A stretch of DNA of 63,464 nt, counting the filler, from Folioceros fuciformis (Eukaryota): the NCBI GenBank assembly GCA_049999805.1. It is 10 parts of 10 records of this genome, joined end to end, with 100 filler letters (N's around TTAATTAATTAA, not from the genome) between each part and the next. Parts side by side here need not be neighbours in the genome. Positions count along the whole stretch, not along the records: positions 33,011 to 38,436 come from JBNGIO010002327.1; positions 38,537 to 47,020 come from JBNGIO010002328.1; 8 more parts are not named here. One strand, given 5' to 3'. Both the position numbers and the translations under genes were made by a program. Below are positions 34,391 through 47,120 of the stretch, one piece after another (positions within the stretch are counted from its first letter, which is position 1; each line of letters opens with the position of its first letter). The notes below the pieces were generated by a model. That model did not search any database, was not told where the DNA came from, and was given only the letters and a program-made list of their open reading frames with translations.

Positions 34391-35494
34391 ATGGCTATAT
34401 GAATTAGGGAGTGCACCAGATAGTCGGGGAAGAGATACGGAGTTTCATCTATTTAGATGGTGTTCTTGTCTATGTTGGACTACAGAGAGTTGAACTGACC
34501 GACGGTGGGTTGGTTTATTCGAAGTCCCACCATTGTCAAGGCGACGAGGGTTATTGCACATAAGTATGTGTCTTCGTCAACTCTGTTCAATGAACGTACG
34601 ACTTTTTTTTTGTTCCCCCCAGGAGCGACTCTTGAGCTACCTTCCCGAGATTTTAAGGTCTCGTGGTACATGGAGAAAAAGGAATTTTTTACAAATTTTA
34701 AACAGGAGTTATACTACAATCGGCCACCCCTAGTACGTGTCTGCGTTTCGTCTTATGGATGGGTGCCCTGAGTTTTGCAAACTTGTCCCAGTAGAGCGTT
34801 CTAGATGGCATGGGTGATTCATATACAAATCCTAATTCAACAATGTGTGCTTCAATTTTTTTGATGTATTTATAGATATGGGCATAAAACTCTTAGATAA
34901 GCTGTTTCTTTACTATAAGTTAAAAAAAAATAGATCTACTTATAGAATGCTCACTTTTAATTTTCTTTTAATTTTAATTATTTTTAATTTCAAATAATAA
35001 ATAATATTATTTTTATGTTTTTTAAAAGTGAAAAATTAATTGGGACACCTCCCTAAAGGGGATCTTTGAGTCGACTCCCTATAGGTCCGATTTAGGGAGA
35101 GTAGTCCTTAGGTAGTTTCTCCATGTTTTTGGGTAGATATATATATATAGCAACATCTTTTCTATGTATGTATCCATATTTTATGTCATATACCTTTCTA
35201 TGTGTGAGCTGGAAGTATAGTATTTTAGAAGACAAAAATTTCATGTCACACTTTTCAACTCATGTTTTGATCGCATTGTACCCTAACTTTATTGTATGGT
35301 TTCTTTGCTTCACATAAATTCTAGAAACACATCATTTAGTAATAATTATCGGATATGGTGTCTTCAAGGAGCTCAAAGTTTGCTTTCAATTGGGGCCCAT
35401 CCCATACTACCCACAATGCTCTTAGGGCATGCAAATCTGTCAAAACTTGATTCTCCTTGGAAACAATGCCAAAATGTGAAAGCAAAAATCACTT

Positions 35495-35885
35495 AGTAGG
35501 AAAAGAGAACTTGGTGGGGTTCTTAGGCCCACCTTGAAGGATCGCTAGGAGAGCAACATAATGAAGGAGGAGAGGAGAAAGCAAGGTCTCTATCTTGCAA
35601 GGGAGCTCAAGAGGGTATTTATACCCTCTAGAAGAGCTCCCAAGGAAGCTTCACAAGAAGCTCATAGGAAGCTGCGCAAGAAGGTTCCTAAAGATTAGCT
35701 TAAGCTAATCTAAACAAATGATATTTAACTAGACACTAATCTTAGACTAAACACATTAGTCTAAGCACATTGGGCTTTAATAACCCTACAACCTCCCACT
35801 TAAAGGCCAATTTACCTTCATAGGAGAGTGGTCTACCTCATGCCCATGAGTGTGCGAGCTTGTGCGAATTGCTCCGTAGGACTAC
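35495..35885 (-). mobile_element. Copia 3' end: last pol codons, PPT (35805-35791) and 3' LTR (35790 to about 35495)
   Basis: The minus strand reads TEQFAQARTLMGMR*, then TTTAAGTGGGAGGT-TGTAGGG. Confidence 0.7.
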
Positions 35886-38436
35886 CTCTCCGACCAGATG
35901 CTCCTGTTTGTGCATGAGGTAGTTAAGGGCAGTCGGGTGAATTGGGGTAAGATCCTGTATGACAAGATGAGTGAGGAGAGGCAGAACTTGGCCTTAGCCT
36001 CTCCCCGACCCTCTATGATTTCTCCATTTCTGATGCACACATACTACTATGCTAACCTCCTGCTTGAAGTAGAAGTGATTGCCTCCCTACACATGTGGAA
36101 GCCACTTAGGAAGGTGAAGTGGAAGCTAGTGGAGTCGAAGGAAGTCGACTCCAGCAGCTGGGAGTCGGGAGGCACGGAGAGTTTGGAGGAGGAAACCCCA
36201 ACCAGGCAGAAAAGGAAGGCAGGGGCAGGACGGAGAACTCCAACGGCGAGGAGGAAGATTGGTGGGCAGACCACCAAGAAAGGGAGTGGGTAAGCGCAGT
36301 AGGAGGCCGTCCAAGTGCGGATTGAGAAGGAACCAGAGGCACCTCAGGTGAGGGTGCCAGAAGTAGAAACGGCCCCAACTGAGGTGGTGGCTGAATTAGG
36401 CACGTTCCGGAAAGGGAACCCTTCCCGGGATGGGAAGAGATTTTTAGAAGGGTTCCCCTGGTGGCCAGTTTGCAGACAAAGGTTCTGGACAGGGTTCGGG
36501 CGCTGCTGGGAAGGCAAATCTTGGATAAGAGGATGGCTCCTATGGGTGAGTCGTAGCAAGTGGACCTGCCAGGCTTGATCTCGGCGATGATACAGGCCCA
36601 GGCAAATATGCTGGACTAGGTTGCCAGGGCACTAACCTGGCTGAGCATGCAGGCAAAGAAGGAGGCCGAAGCCCGGGAGAAGTTGGCTGAGTCTGAAGCG
36701 GAACGGCAGCACCTGGAGGAAGTCCGATAGACTTTGAGCGCAGCTAAGGAACAGGCGAAGAAGAAAGCCCGCCAGGCGAGAGAAGAAGTGCAGGCGCTGA
36801 AGGAGTAGCAAGAGTCGCTCCTAGGTCAGGTGAGAGAGGCTCATGGGACTAACCAGGAGATGCAACAGGAGTTAGTAAGGGCCCAGGAATAGGAAGTGGC
36901 TGCAGTGGAGCAAGTGCAGAAGCTGGTGGACAGGTACAAGCGGGAACGGGACGAGGCCCGGAATCGGGTGAAGGGGAAGGGCAGAGCTAGGCGAGGTAGC
37001 CGAGCAACAATGGAGGTACCTGAAGACACTACCGGTCGGAGAGAGACAATGCCAGTAGAGAAAGGCCAAACCCCGATAGTTGAAGAGGCAATTGTGGAGG
37101 GACCTGCAATCCGCAGATTTGGAAGGGCAACCCGCACTAGGAGGACTGAGCAGGGAGGAGCAGCAGTTGGGGGAATGGAAGATCCTCCAATGCCCATGGA
37201 GAGCAAAGAGCAGACAACCCGAAGTAGCCCACGGGAGGAGGGGTTACGCGCTTCCTTTGCAACAGAGGGTCGGATTGTGTTGCACTATGAGGAGGAGGCC
37301 ACTTATGTGCCTGGCCTCTATGTGGAAGGAGCCCGTGTGCTGAAGTTGATTGTATGTGTGCGTGTGGGCTTAGGAGGGACGAGGGGCTATGGCCTGCAAC
37401 TGAGGACCTGCAAGGGATCCTTCTACTACTGTTGCCGAGTGTGGGGACTGCCTCCTTTCTACTCAGAGGCAATCCTGGTGGAGCTGACGGATGAGGAGGC
37501 GCAAGTGTGGGTCGAACGGGAGCCGGTGCTTGTCCTCAACAATAGGCGACGAGAGGAGGGAAGGAGTTCCCTGCGACGGGACCCACTTGCACCGCCGTCG
37601 AAAGCATCTAGCAGCAACAACAGTGAGGTAGAAATCCTCTGGGAGGATTTGCCCGACCAACGGCGGGGGAGGAGAGCTAGAGGCAGAAGAGAGAGAGGAG
37701 GAGCGCGACAGCTAGGCGGAAGGCGAGCGCAGCGATAAAAATAGGCAAAAGTGAATGTATCCTAGGATAGAATCCTGTAGGATCTTAGGTGATGCTTTTT
37801 CTTGGACCAAGTGCCGCTCATAATTAAGAGCGCCTCCTGTCCGCGGGCCAAACTTAATGGCGAAAGCGGACCCATCACCAGCGTGTACAAGAGGCTTGTT
37901 GGCGCCTCACACCATAGCGAAAAATCGACATTCCAAACTCGAGGAAGCTTGGTGATGACCGTTGTTGAACAGGGAGGTCTAGGCAGGCGAGTGCACGTAG
38001 TGTTCCTGGTGATGGTGTGGTGGTTTTGTTGCTCCGCGGCGAGAGGGCTCTGGGGACGAATAAGGAGGAGAATCCTCGCCGAGTGGAAGACGACTTCCCT
38101 GCCACCCCTGGTACCATCTTGTTGTGTATCGCGGTGAAGGCGAAAGGGGACAAATCCGCCAAATGCAGAGTGGAAGTGGCATTCGCTTCCCTTATTCCCT
38201 ACCTCCTTCACCGCGCTTTAACTAAAGTGAGGAGATGAGAGTTGAGGAGAGGAGTGTTGAGAATGTTAGCGGAAGCATGGAAGCCAAACCCAGACTAAAG
38301 CAAAAAAGGAATATTGCATTAATTAAAAAAACAACTCAAAGGTCACTTAAATACAAAAAGGTTCATAACCTAATTTAACTAAATAATATTAACCCTAGGT
38401 AGGTTACTTTAATCAGGGTTAACCTAACCCGTAACA
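35886..38436 (+). mobile_element. Unclassified repeat, copy 1: degenerate long ORF (transposon accessory-like N-terminus, coiled coil, unknown conserved domain) and downstream non-coding module
   Basis: ORF pieces 35898-36293 and 36896-37738. Domain EGRIVLHYEEEATYVPGLYVEGARVLKL recurs at about 50680 (+) and 54650 (-). Module TAATTAAGAGCGCC recurs near 51222 and 52614. Confidence 0.7.
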
Positions 38437-38536
38437 NNNNNNNNNNNNNNNNNNNNNNNNNNNNNNNNNNNNNNNNNNNNTTAATTAATTAANNNNNNNN
38501 NNNNNNNNNNNNNNNNNNNNNNNNNNNNNNNNNNNN
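38437..38536. other. Artificial contig linker
   Basis: N-TTAATTAATTAA-N, 100 bp. Confidence 0.99.
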
Positions 38537-41006
38537 AGAGGCCTTCAAAGAGCGAGAACGGAAGGCCGCGGCAGCTGCAGCTATTCCCAGCTTTTATAGA
38601 AAGGTGGCGTTTTTTCCAGGGACGTATGTGTTGCGGGCCTGCATTGCCTTCGTTAGCGCGTGAGCTCATGTAGTGTGCCTTTCGCTCCGCTCCGTGATGC
38701 AGAAACCAGCGGAGGGCTCCGCTGCAGCGAAAGTGCATCGCCTGGCAAGGTTCAGATTTTTGAAGGTACGCTTGTGTACGACGGAGCTGTAAGGATTCCG
38801 GTTGCTGGCGCGGTTCACGCCTGAATGTATGCCTGGCCGTTTATCTCTGCCTATGCGCAGAAACAAGCGGAGCAGCTTCTGAACGCCGATGACCTCGATG
38901 CCATGTGGGTCTGCTTGCGAGAAAATTGTAGTATCGACGATACTAATCGCACAGAGAAGGTCAGTCATTGTTGTGAAGAGAATTCGTGATTCTGGGCATG
39001 GGTGTCGCAGCTCGTACTGAGTGGTTGCTCCTTTTACAATTTTCTGTGCTTGCAGATGAACTATGAAGATTTCTGTCAGATTGCCTCCATTTGTGCTGAG
39101 CAGATTGGAGTTAAGTGTCGTCGCTTCTTCTCTCCCTCGAATTTCATGAAATTTGAGAAGGATGAATATGGGCGGGTTGCCATCCTGCCTTTCTACCTGT
39201 ATGTCATGCGCACGGTATGCCACGGAACCATTCAGTTTTCTTGCTGTTCTGTCTACAGCGAAGGTGGATCTTAGAGAACTTCTGTAACCTTTGGTTCAAA
39301 CATTGGCTTAGGAGATAGTTCAGTGGTGGTGCTGTGTGCATTCTGCTGTTTTTGCTTACTTATTCTGTTCTTCATAGGTCTCACTTACACAAGCTCGAAT
39401 TGACATGAGTGAGCTTGATGAAGATGCAGATGGCTTTCTTCAACCACAGGTATGCTGGAGTGGTTTTTCTTTCCTCCATGTCTCATGTTGTCATTCACCC
39501 TCTCAGTGCGCCCACTTGTTTTGCCTTTGTCTGGTAATAGGAAATGGAGGCCTACATCAGGGGCTTGATCCCAAATCTTGCCCAGTTGCGAGATATGCCT
39601 CTTCCGTTCTTGTCCATGTATTGTCGAATTGCAGCCCGCAAATTCTTCTTCTTCTGTGATGTTCACCGGAGAGGTAATGGTGCTTTTTTCAGCACTCTGA
39701 ATTTCAACCTTAGTTTAAACTGTTGTCTCGGCTTTTGGAAATAGATTTTCCCCTCCTGTAGCCACTTGTTTACCTGTGCTCAGGCAAGTTGTGTATCAAG
39801 AAGGTGCTGTTGAGCAACTGCCTTGCTGAGCTCATGGAGCTTCATCAGGTATGTCGCAAGAGACTATTGTTTGCATGTGAGCTCAGTTGCGCCCGTTTCT
39901 ACAAGCTGAGTACTTTTCTACCATGCCTTTAGGAAAGTGAGCCAGATGAGAATTCAGAGGGAGAACAGGTTGACAACTGGTTTTCACTGAGCAGTGCCCA
40001 GCGAGTGTGTGGTAGGCCTCAACCTCATCTGCTACTGGTGGTTAAGACTACGGCGTGAGTTTTTCATTTTTCGTTCTTTCCAGATGTCTTTCTTGCACTG
40101 GACAAAGATATGAATGGGACTCTGAGCAAGCAAGAATTGAAGGAGTATGCGGATGGAACTTTAACAGAGATTTTTATTGAAAGAAGTGAGTTTTCAAATA
40201 TTTTTTTCCTATGGTGTGCTGATATGTTTCAAGGGCAAGTTCTAACTGTTTGTTGTGTTACCAGTCTTCGACGAGCATGTGCGAAGAGGCAGAGGTGGTA
40301 GCAGCAAAGTACGAGAGATGGACTTCGAAAGCTTCCTAGATTTTGTTCTAGCTCTGGAAAACAGGGACACCCCCGAAGGCCTCTCCTATTTGTTCAAATG
40401 TCTTGATTTGCAGAACAGAGGGTTCCTCACAACCGCCGATGTCCATACACTCTTCAGGTGAGTGCAGGTTTCCTGGAAGGTCCCCGAAATGGTTGAGTAG
40501 TCAAGCGATGAACAAGTTTATGCCTCTGTGCTTGCATGCTGCATTTTGCTGAAAGGAAGAAAAAGAAGGGTGATCACCCGAGGATGTCGACTCACCCGAT
40601 ACATTCTTCCAAGAGTTGTGGGAAATTCCTTTTTGCACTTCGAGAGCGTTGGGTGCAGGACTCATGTTCCCATAGATTCTTTGCATGTGCGAGTCTCATA
40701 TAGTGGCGTAATACGCCGGGTACTGGTCTTTTTCCTGACCCGTCCGTCGAATCGTTGCGCAGGGATGTGCACAAGAAATGGATTGAAGGAGGGAATTATG
40801 ATCTCTGTATTGATGACGTGAGGGATGAGATATGGGACATGGTGAAACCGGTGGACCCTTTAAAAATTACTCTTCCAGACCTGTTATCTTGCAGGCAAGG
40901 TGGAACCATTGCCAGTATGTTGACAGACGTTCGCGGGTTTTGGGCGCATGACAACCGCGAGAACCTGTTGCAAGATGAAGAAGAATCGACGGAAGACGAG
41001 GAGTAA
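38537..41006 (+). CDS. TON2: PP2A B'' regulatory subunit TONNEAU2/FASS, 5'-truncated by the contig edge, 11 visible exons
   Basis: LLNADDLDAMWVCLRENC, MNYEDFC..CRRFFSPSNFMKFEKD..GRVAILPFYLYVMRT, EF-hand-like LDKDMNGTLSKQEL, MDFESFLDFVLALEN and RGFWAHDNRENLLQ. Introns are GT-AG. Confidence 0.95.
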
Positions 41007-41169
41007 CCAACCTGCATAGCACTACGTTGTACACGTCCGTAACTATCCAGAACTATGTACATTATATGTATTTGTTTCTGATATTTAAGTACTAGTAAAT
41101 TAAATTTCGATTTTGGATGGATACTTCTTGAAATCGGTTTTACCGCAACTCGCCCAAGTCTCGAAACTG

Positions 41170-43746
41170 CTATCCACTTTCATCGCTGGATGGAGACGTA
41201 GGTCGCCACAACGTGCCATTGCCCCCGTCCATGAGCGCGATTCCTAACCTAGCTAGATCAGCTCGAATCGCATCCGATCGAGCATAGTCCTTGGCGGCTC
41301 TTGCGGCTGTTCTTTCTTGTACGCGTAAAGCTATGTCGTCCTCTGTCAGACCGGCTCGCTTAAGCGCCAGCTTTTTCATTTCTTCTAGAACCTGACCAGA
41401 GAAGAACCAAGAAAGCATGAAGAATGAAACGTTAGCAGGTGCAACGAGGAGGAGGAGGCGGCAACGGTGAGAAAAGCATCAAGCCAAGTCGTCTTACCTC
41501 TGCGTTGCTGCTCACTGAGAGACCGAGCACATCCAGAACTTTAAGGACTTCACTCAACAGTATCCTCAGTGATGCAATTCGACTTTTGTCCTTGCGCCCC
41601 TGTCGAGACAGCAAGATTAGCATCACAGAAGGCCCTGACGTTGGACAAGCAAATGCCGCAATTGTGAGTGACAATCTCTATTGCTGAGCAATTCGTAGAC
41701 CTTCTTTGTGTGCATAAGATCGTTCATTAATTTCAACGGCTCAGATAGGGCCGCTGCTGCTGCTGGCGTGTTTAAGTCATCTGCCATAGAGGCGGCAACT
41801 GTAGACCGCAAGCTATCCACGGAGTCCCGGACTTCCTGCGATGGGAGGCTGGTATTGTCGTCTTGTCCATCTAAGCATTCCTGACAGTCCAATAGCGTCT
41901 GCAAAGCAACGGGAGTCAGAGCAGAAATGCACTAAATGAGTCTGGAAGTACTGAGCTCAAGAAGCAGAGCTTACTTGGTACAAGTAGTAGACGCGGTCAG
42001 TTGACTTCTCCAGCTGGGACTTGGAATAGTTCACAGGTGAGCGGTATTGTGTGCCAACTAGAAACCATCTCAGAGCCAAAGCATGATACACTTCCAGGAC
42101 CTGCATCACGAAAGAGATGGCCATGGCTAAGTAGAGAGCTCTGCTTGCAAGACATGCGAAGGGTACTTGACAGATTTAAAAACATGTAGGTTCTCTTACC
42201 TCCCTGATGGTGAAGAAGTTTCCCAGAGACTTGGACATCTTCTCTGCATCAACTGTCACAAAGCCGTTGTGTATCCAGTACCTGACGTTGCTGTCCTTAC
42301 AAGCTGCACAGCTCTGTGCAATTTCGTTCTCGTGATGTGGGAAGATGAGGTCTTGTCCGCCTCCATGAATGTCGAAGGTGTGTCCCAAGTGTAGTGCACT
42401 CATCGCACTGCATTCTATATGCCAACCAGGTCTTCCTGGACCCCAGGGGCTTTCCCAACACGGTTCACCAGGCTTTGCACTCTGGAGTTCACCACACAGA
42501 ATGAGTATAAGAGAATGTTCCCCACACCACACCCACCAACAAGCATCAACCACCAACACGGATCTGAAACCGAAGGGATGCCTCTCTCACCATCTTCTAA
42601 ATGCTGACCTTCCAAAGCGCAAAGTCGGCAGGATTCTGTTTCCGCGAATCCACAGCAACTCGTTCCCCAGCTCTGTTCTCCTCTAGTTTCCGGCCAGATA
42701 GCTTCCCATAGTCCGGAAAGGTGTCCACAGAAAAGTAGACATCTCCATCTTCCATCACGTATGCATGGCCATTCTCTAGAATCTACTAATCAGGTACAGG
42801 GCACATTGATCAGAAGTCCTGCCTTCAGAGCACGGCCTTGAGCTCAAGCTGTGCAGAGTGAAGCCCTCGGGCGCGAGGCCTTCGTTCAGTATTCAGCACC
42901 ACAACATGGAAACACTTGTTAAAAGAACCTGTTTGATCATCTGGATGATGTCGTCTACGTGACCAGTGACTCGAGGCTCTACAGTCGGAGGGAGGCATCG
43001 CAAGGCTTTCATGTCAACATGAAACTCGTGACAGAATCTGTCACTCAGTTTAACCGGGTCTTCTTCTACCTCATTCGCCCTCTTGATGATCTACAAAGCT
43101 GATAAGACTGTTAGGAGCAGATCATCCACACAAGAACATGCCTCAGGGACTCCTCACCCCAAGACTTCACCTTGTCATCAACGTCAGTAAAGTTGCGCAC
43201 GTATCTTACGTCATACCCCACGTTTGTCAGATATCTGGCACCATGGCAGCCAAGTGATTGTCAAGACGAGCGCCATGGTTTGGTAATCTGTTCGAGGCAC
43301 AAAGTGATGGGTGCTGACCTGAACAGAACGTCGAAAGCAACATACACCCTTGCATGTCCGATATGGCTGTAGTCATAGGCCGTCACACCACAGACATACA
43401 TGCTCACCTTCCCAGCCACTCTTGGCTGGAACAGCTCCTTCTGCCTGCTCAGCGTGTTGTACAAGTGCAGCTCTGTAGCAGCAGCAACATGCTTCTCCAC
43501 AAGTTCTTCCTCCCTGCTCGTGTCGATCTGCACGCTCAGATTCCTGGCAGAGCACCGTTTCTGGCTGTGCAGCCGAGGCCTTCCCACCAAGCCACGGCTC
43601 GCACAACTGGACCTGTACTTGTACAAACCTGCTGTATGGCTGAAGCGTGCAGGGTGCAGCACCGCTGCCGGCCCTGGCTGCCGCCTGGTGCACAAGCCCA
43701 GCACGGACCGCCCGCAGGTGAGGACAAGGCGCACGGAGCTTCCCAT
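41170..43746 (-). CDS. Cysteinyl-tRNA synthetase, organelle-targeted type (SYCO-like), multi-exon
   Basis: [18 protein letters not shown] (HIGH), [44 protein letters not shown] and MADDLNT. The Arg/Ser-rich N-terminus is transit-peptide-like. Confidence 0.96.
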
Positions 43747-43816
43747 TTCTGGCCAAGATCGCTTCTATGGGCCCATAAGTACGAGGGGATGAGAGCGGGA
43801 TGCGAGGTGGGCAATC
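43747..43816. promoter_or_regulatory. Candidate bidirectional promoter core with a palindromic site II element
   Basis: Only 70 bp separate the divergent ATGs. The perfect palindrome TATGGGCCCATA at 43766-43777 gives TGGGCC on both strands. Confidence 0.6.
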
Positions 43817-46672
43817 ATGTGGAGGAGGCGAGGCACCAATTGGCTGTTGGGTCATTCGTTGCTGAGCCGGAGATCTGCGTCCCACGCTCCTTCGCCACCT
43901 GCGGTTCATCGGGCTCCTGCTGCTTCTTGGCTGCGTCGGCTGGGTGTCACGGGCGGTGTGATCCTGGTGGGCGTGTCCAGCTGGGCTGCAATTGGAGATG
44001 ATCCTCGTGGCCGCGCCAAGCTCCTGGTGGCAGTGCCGCTGCGTCTGGCACGCAACATGGCCATGGCAGCCATCATGGTTGCGGGTGGGGTTTGCTGATG
44101 CGGTCGCTTTCGCTCTTCTTTGCAGGAGCGGTGGAGGCAGAATTGAACGTTGGGTCCCCTTGTTGGATTGCCAGATTACAGCTACTCCTTGCACGGGCTC
44201 GTCGAAGGAACAGAAGAAAGGGCTGCGGCCACGCACCAGGTCCATCTGCGGAATGCGCACCGGCTGCAGGATCTCTGTTTCAGGAACGGAGGGATATACA
44301 TCAAGCTGGGGCAACATGTGGGTCAGCTGGTACGCGCTGTGAAGCAATCTGAGCGGGGTGATGGGAGCTGCTTGGGTGGAATTACGGGGTAACTATGCTT
44401 CTGGGCATGAGTCTGAATTGGGGCTGGAACATGCGGGTGGCAGGATTACTTGGTGCCGCAGGAGTATGTTCAGGTGATGCGAAGTTCGATGCTGAACAGG
44501 TGCCCTGTGTCTTCCTACAAGCAAATCTGCGATGTGTTTCTGGCAGAATTTGGCCGTCTCCCGCAACAGGTAGTTTTATGCTCCTCATGGACACATGGTG
44601 CAGAAACTTGGGTGAAACAGGTGGATATGACATGGAACGGTGGTGTAGGTCTTTCGGCAATTCGACCCTGTGCCTCTAGCAAGTGCTTCTTTAGCTCAAG
44701 TTCATGCTGCTCGGACCGTGGATGGGGAGAGGGTTGCTGTGAAGGTAGTAATCTTGCGACTTTGGTTATAAGTTCGTGGTCGTCATTTTATGTTGGAGCA
44801 TGTTTAAGGAACAGGTGTGACATGTCTGTAGGTGCAGCACATGCACTTGACTGATACAGCAGCTGTGGACACGGCGACCGTGTACTTCGTTGTGAACCTA
44901 GTGCACTGGCTATATCCTGCTTTCGACTACAGGTATTGCTGCTGTGCTCATCCACAAGCATGCCGTAGTCTGTTGCATCCCAAGCCTTCCTTGTTTTTTG
45001 TGTGAGATGGCCGCTAAACATGTGCTCATGGCAGGTGGTTGCTTGCTGAGATGCAGGAAAGTTTGCCCAAGGTAAGTCCCTAAAGGTATCCGTCCAAACG
45101 CTGTCAAATTTGTCCTCAGATTTGAAAGCTGCCGTAAGTTACAAAGGCTTGCAGGTCCTTGCCGTTTGTCAGGATTGTTTTCGCTCTCTTTGCTGTTGCT
45201 GATATCATGCATTGTCCGCTTGTGTTTTGCGAAGGAGCTGGACTTCGTTAACGAGGCCAAGAATGCAGAGCAGTGTCGGGCCAACTTCTTGAAGCTCTCT
45301 CCAGATCTGGCTCCATATATTCACATCCCCAAGATACACTGGCAGCTGAGCACCTCAAAAGTTTTGACCATGGAATTCATGGACGGAGTTGAGGTCACCG
45401 ATGTTGCCTCCATAAAGAAGCTTGGGCTGCGTCCATCAGAACTGGCAAAACTGGTGGGTGCACAATCTGAGCAGAGTTTGTGATCAGTGATAGCAAGCTC
45501 GTTCTTTGGACCTAGAGTCTGAACTCACAGAGCACGCTGCGATGGTGGATGGGGATGCAGATAAGCGAGGTGTTTGCCAACATGATATTTCGTCATGGAT
45601 TTGTTCATTGTGATCCACATGCTGCGAACATGCTCGTCCGCATCGCACCAGGCCAGCAAGGGGGGATCCTCGGTAGGTCTTGAGACCGATTCTGTTGAGC
45701 TGGTGAGGAGATTCTTTAACTTTGATTCAGATGGTGCTGACGGGCATCGTTGATCATCTCTACATAATAGGTAGGAAAAAAAAACCTCAGCTGATCCTGC
45801 TCGATCACGGGCTGTACAAGTCACTTGAACCTCAATTACGCGCACACTATGCTGGACTCTGGAAGGTTGGTACCTCTTCAACAGTCCTCCTCCCACGCTC
45901 GTACTGTCATACTTCAGCCCTTGTTCCTGCTGGATTGCAATGCCCAGAACATAATGCACAAGAACTGTGCAACTTGAGCAGGCACTAGTTTTTGCAGATG
46001 AGAAGGGGATCAAGGAGCACAGCATCGGCTGCGGAGCTGGAGAAGACCTTTACATTCTGTTCGCAGGCGTGCTGACAATGCGGCCATGGAACCGCATCAT
46101 CGAACGGGACATCAACCATCTCCACGTCCCTGACAGTCAAGAGGGTCGAGACGAGCTGCAGGTAAGTTCTCTCAATCGCCTGCCCCCCTTCCTCCTCCAC
46201 ATCGTGTGTCTGCATGCTCATCGCCTCTCCTGCACCCTGTCCAGATGTACGCAGCGCAGTACCTGGTGGAGGTGACCGAGCTTCTGCGTCGCCTTCCTCG
46301 AGTTATCCTCCTCTTGCTCAAAACCAACGACTGTCTCCGAGCAGTGGACAAGGCCCTGGTAGGTCTCACGTCCTTGGCATGGCCGCACACGCAACCACTG
46401 ATGTTTCCGCTCCTTCAACCTTCGATGTGTCTTTCACACCTTCCCGAATTGTTGCCATTCGACAGGGAGCCCCGGTCAACACATTTATCATCACCGGCAG
46501 GATCTCCTCCAGAGCCTTGGCGGAGATGATGAGCAGCACCGCCCGTATGTCCCTGTTTGCTGCCTTGAAAGGCTTGCGCGACAGACTCCACGTCGAGATC
46601 AGGCTCCTGAGCCTGCGTCTTGCAGCATGGATTATGCGGGTTAGAACTCTCCTTTACCATACGGGCCCGTAA
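43817..46672 (+). CDS. ABC1/UbiB/ADCK atypical kinase (ADCK1/At2g40090-like, likely mitochondrial), multi-exon
   Basis: NGGIYIKLGQ, ASASLAQVH, VAVKVQ, ELDFVNEA, LTMEF, GFVHCDPHAAN, LILLDHGLY and LLLKTNDCLRAV. Introns are GT-AG. Confidence 0.95.
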
Positions 46673-46802
46673 TTCGCGTTGTTCTGTGGTTGAACCTTGG
46701 AAAGTAATCCCCAGAATGTGCACTTGGTTGTGTTCCCGTCCATTCGCCGAATTGATGGCCCTCTCGCACGTTCCTGTCTTCAACGTACCTTCTGCTGCGC
46801 TG

Positions 46803-46878
46803 TCCGACCAAGTTGGGAATCGAACCGGGGTCGATGGCCTGGAAGTGATGATGCCTAACCAAAAGATCTGTTGCAGAT
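46803..46878 (-). pseudogene. tRNA-like (Gly-TCC-like) degenerate sequence, tRNA pseudogene or SINE head
   Basis: The minus strand reads TGGTTAGG...CTTCCA...GACCCCGGTTCGATTCCC, with A-box, anticodon and B-box at tRNA spacing, but the stems pair poorly. Confidence 0.4.
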
Positions 46879-47020
46879 CACGCAAAGTATCGGGAACAGT
46901 GTCCAACGTGACAATTATATTTAGTAGCCTGCGGTTTGGATGCATGGACGGACGGAAGGGATGCTACATGAAATGGCCCAGGCTTAGTGCGGCGCCAGGT
47001 GGCACGGATCGGACCGCCCG

Positions 47021-47120
47021 NNNNNNNNNNNNNNNNNNNNNNNNNNNNNNNNNNNNNNNNNNNNTTAATTAATTAANNNNNNNNNNNNNNNNNNNNNNNN
47101 NNNNNNNNNNNNNNNNNNNN
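47021..47120. other. Artificial contig linker
   Basis: N-TTAATTAATTAA-N, 100 bp. Confidence 0.99.

Noticed and set aside
43373-44347. 324-aa minus-strand ORF across the bidirectional promoter
   Set aside because: It is a shadow of two GC-rich first exons with no domain signal.
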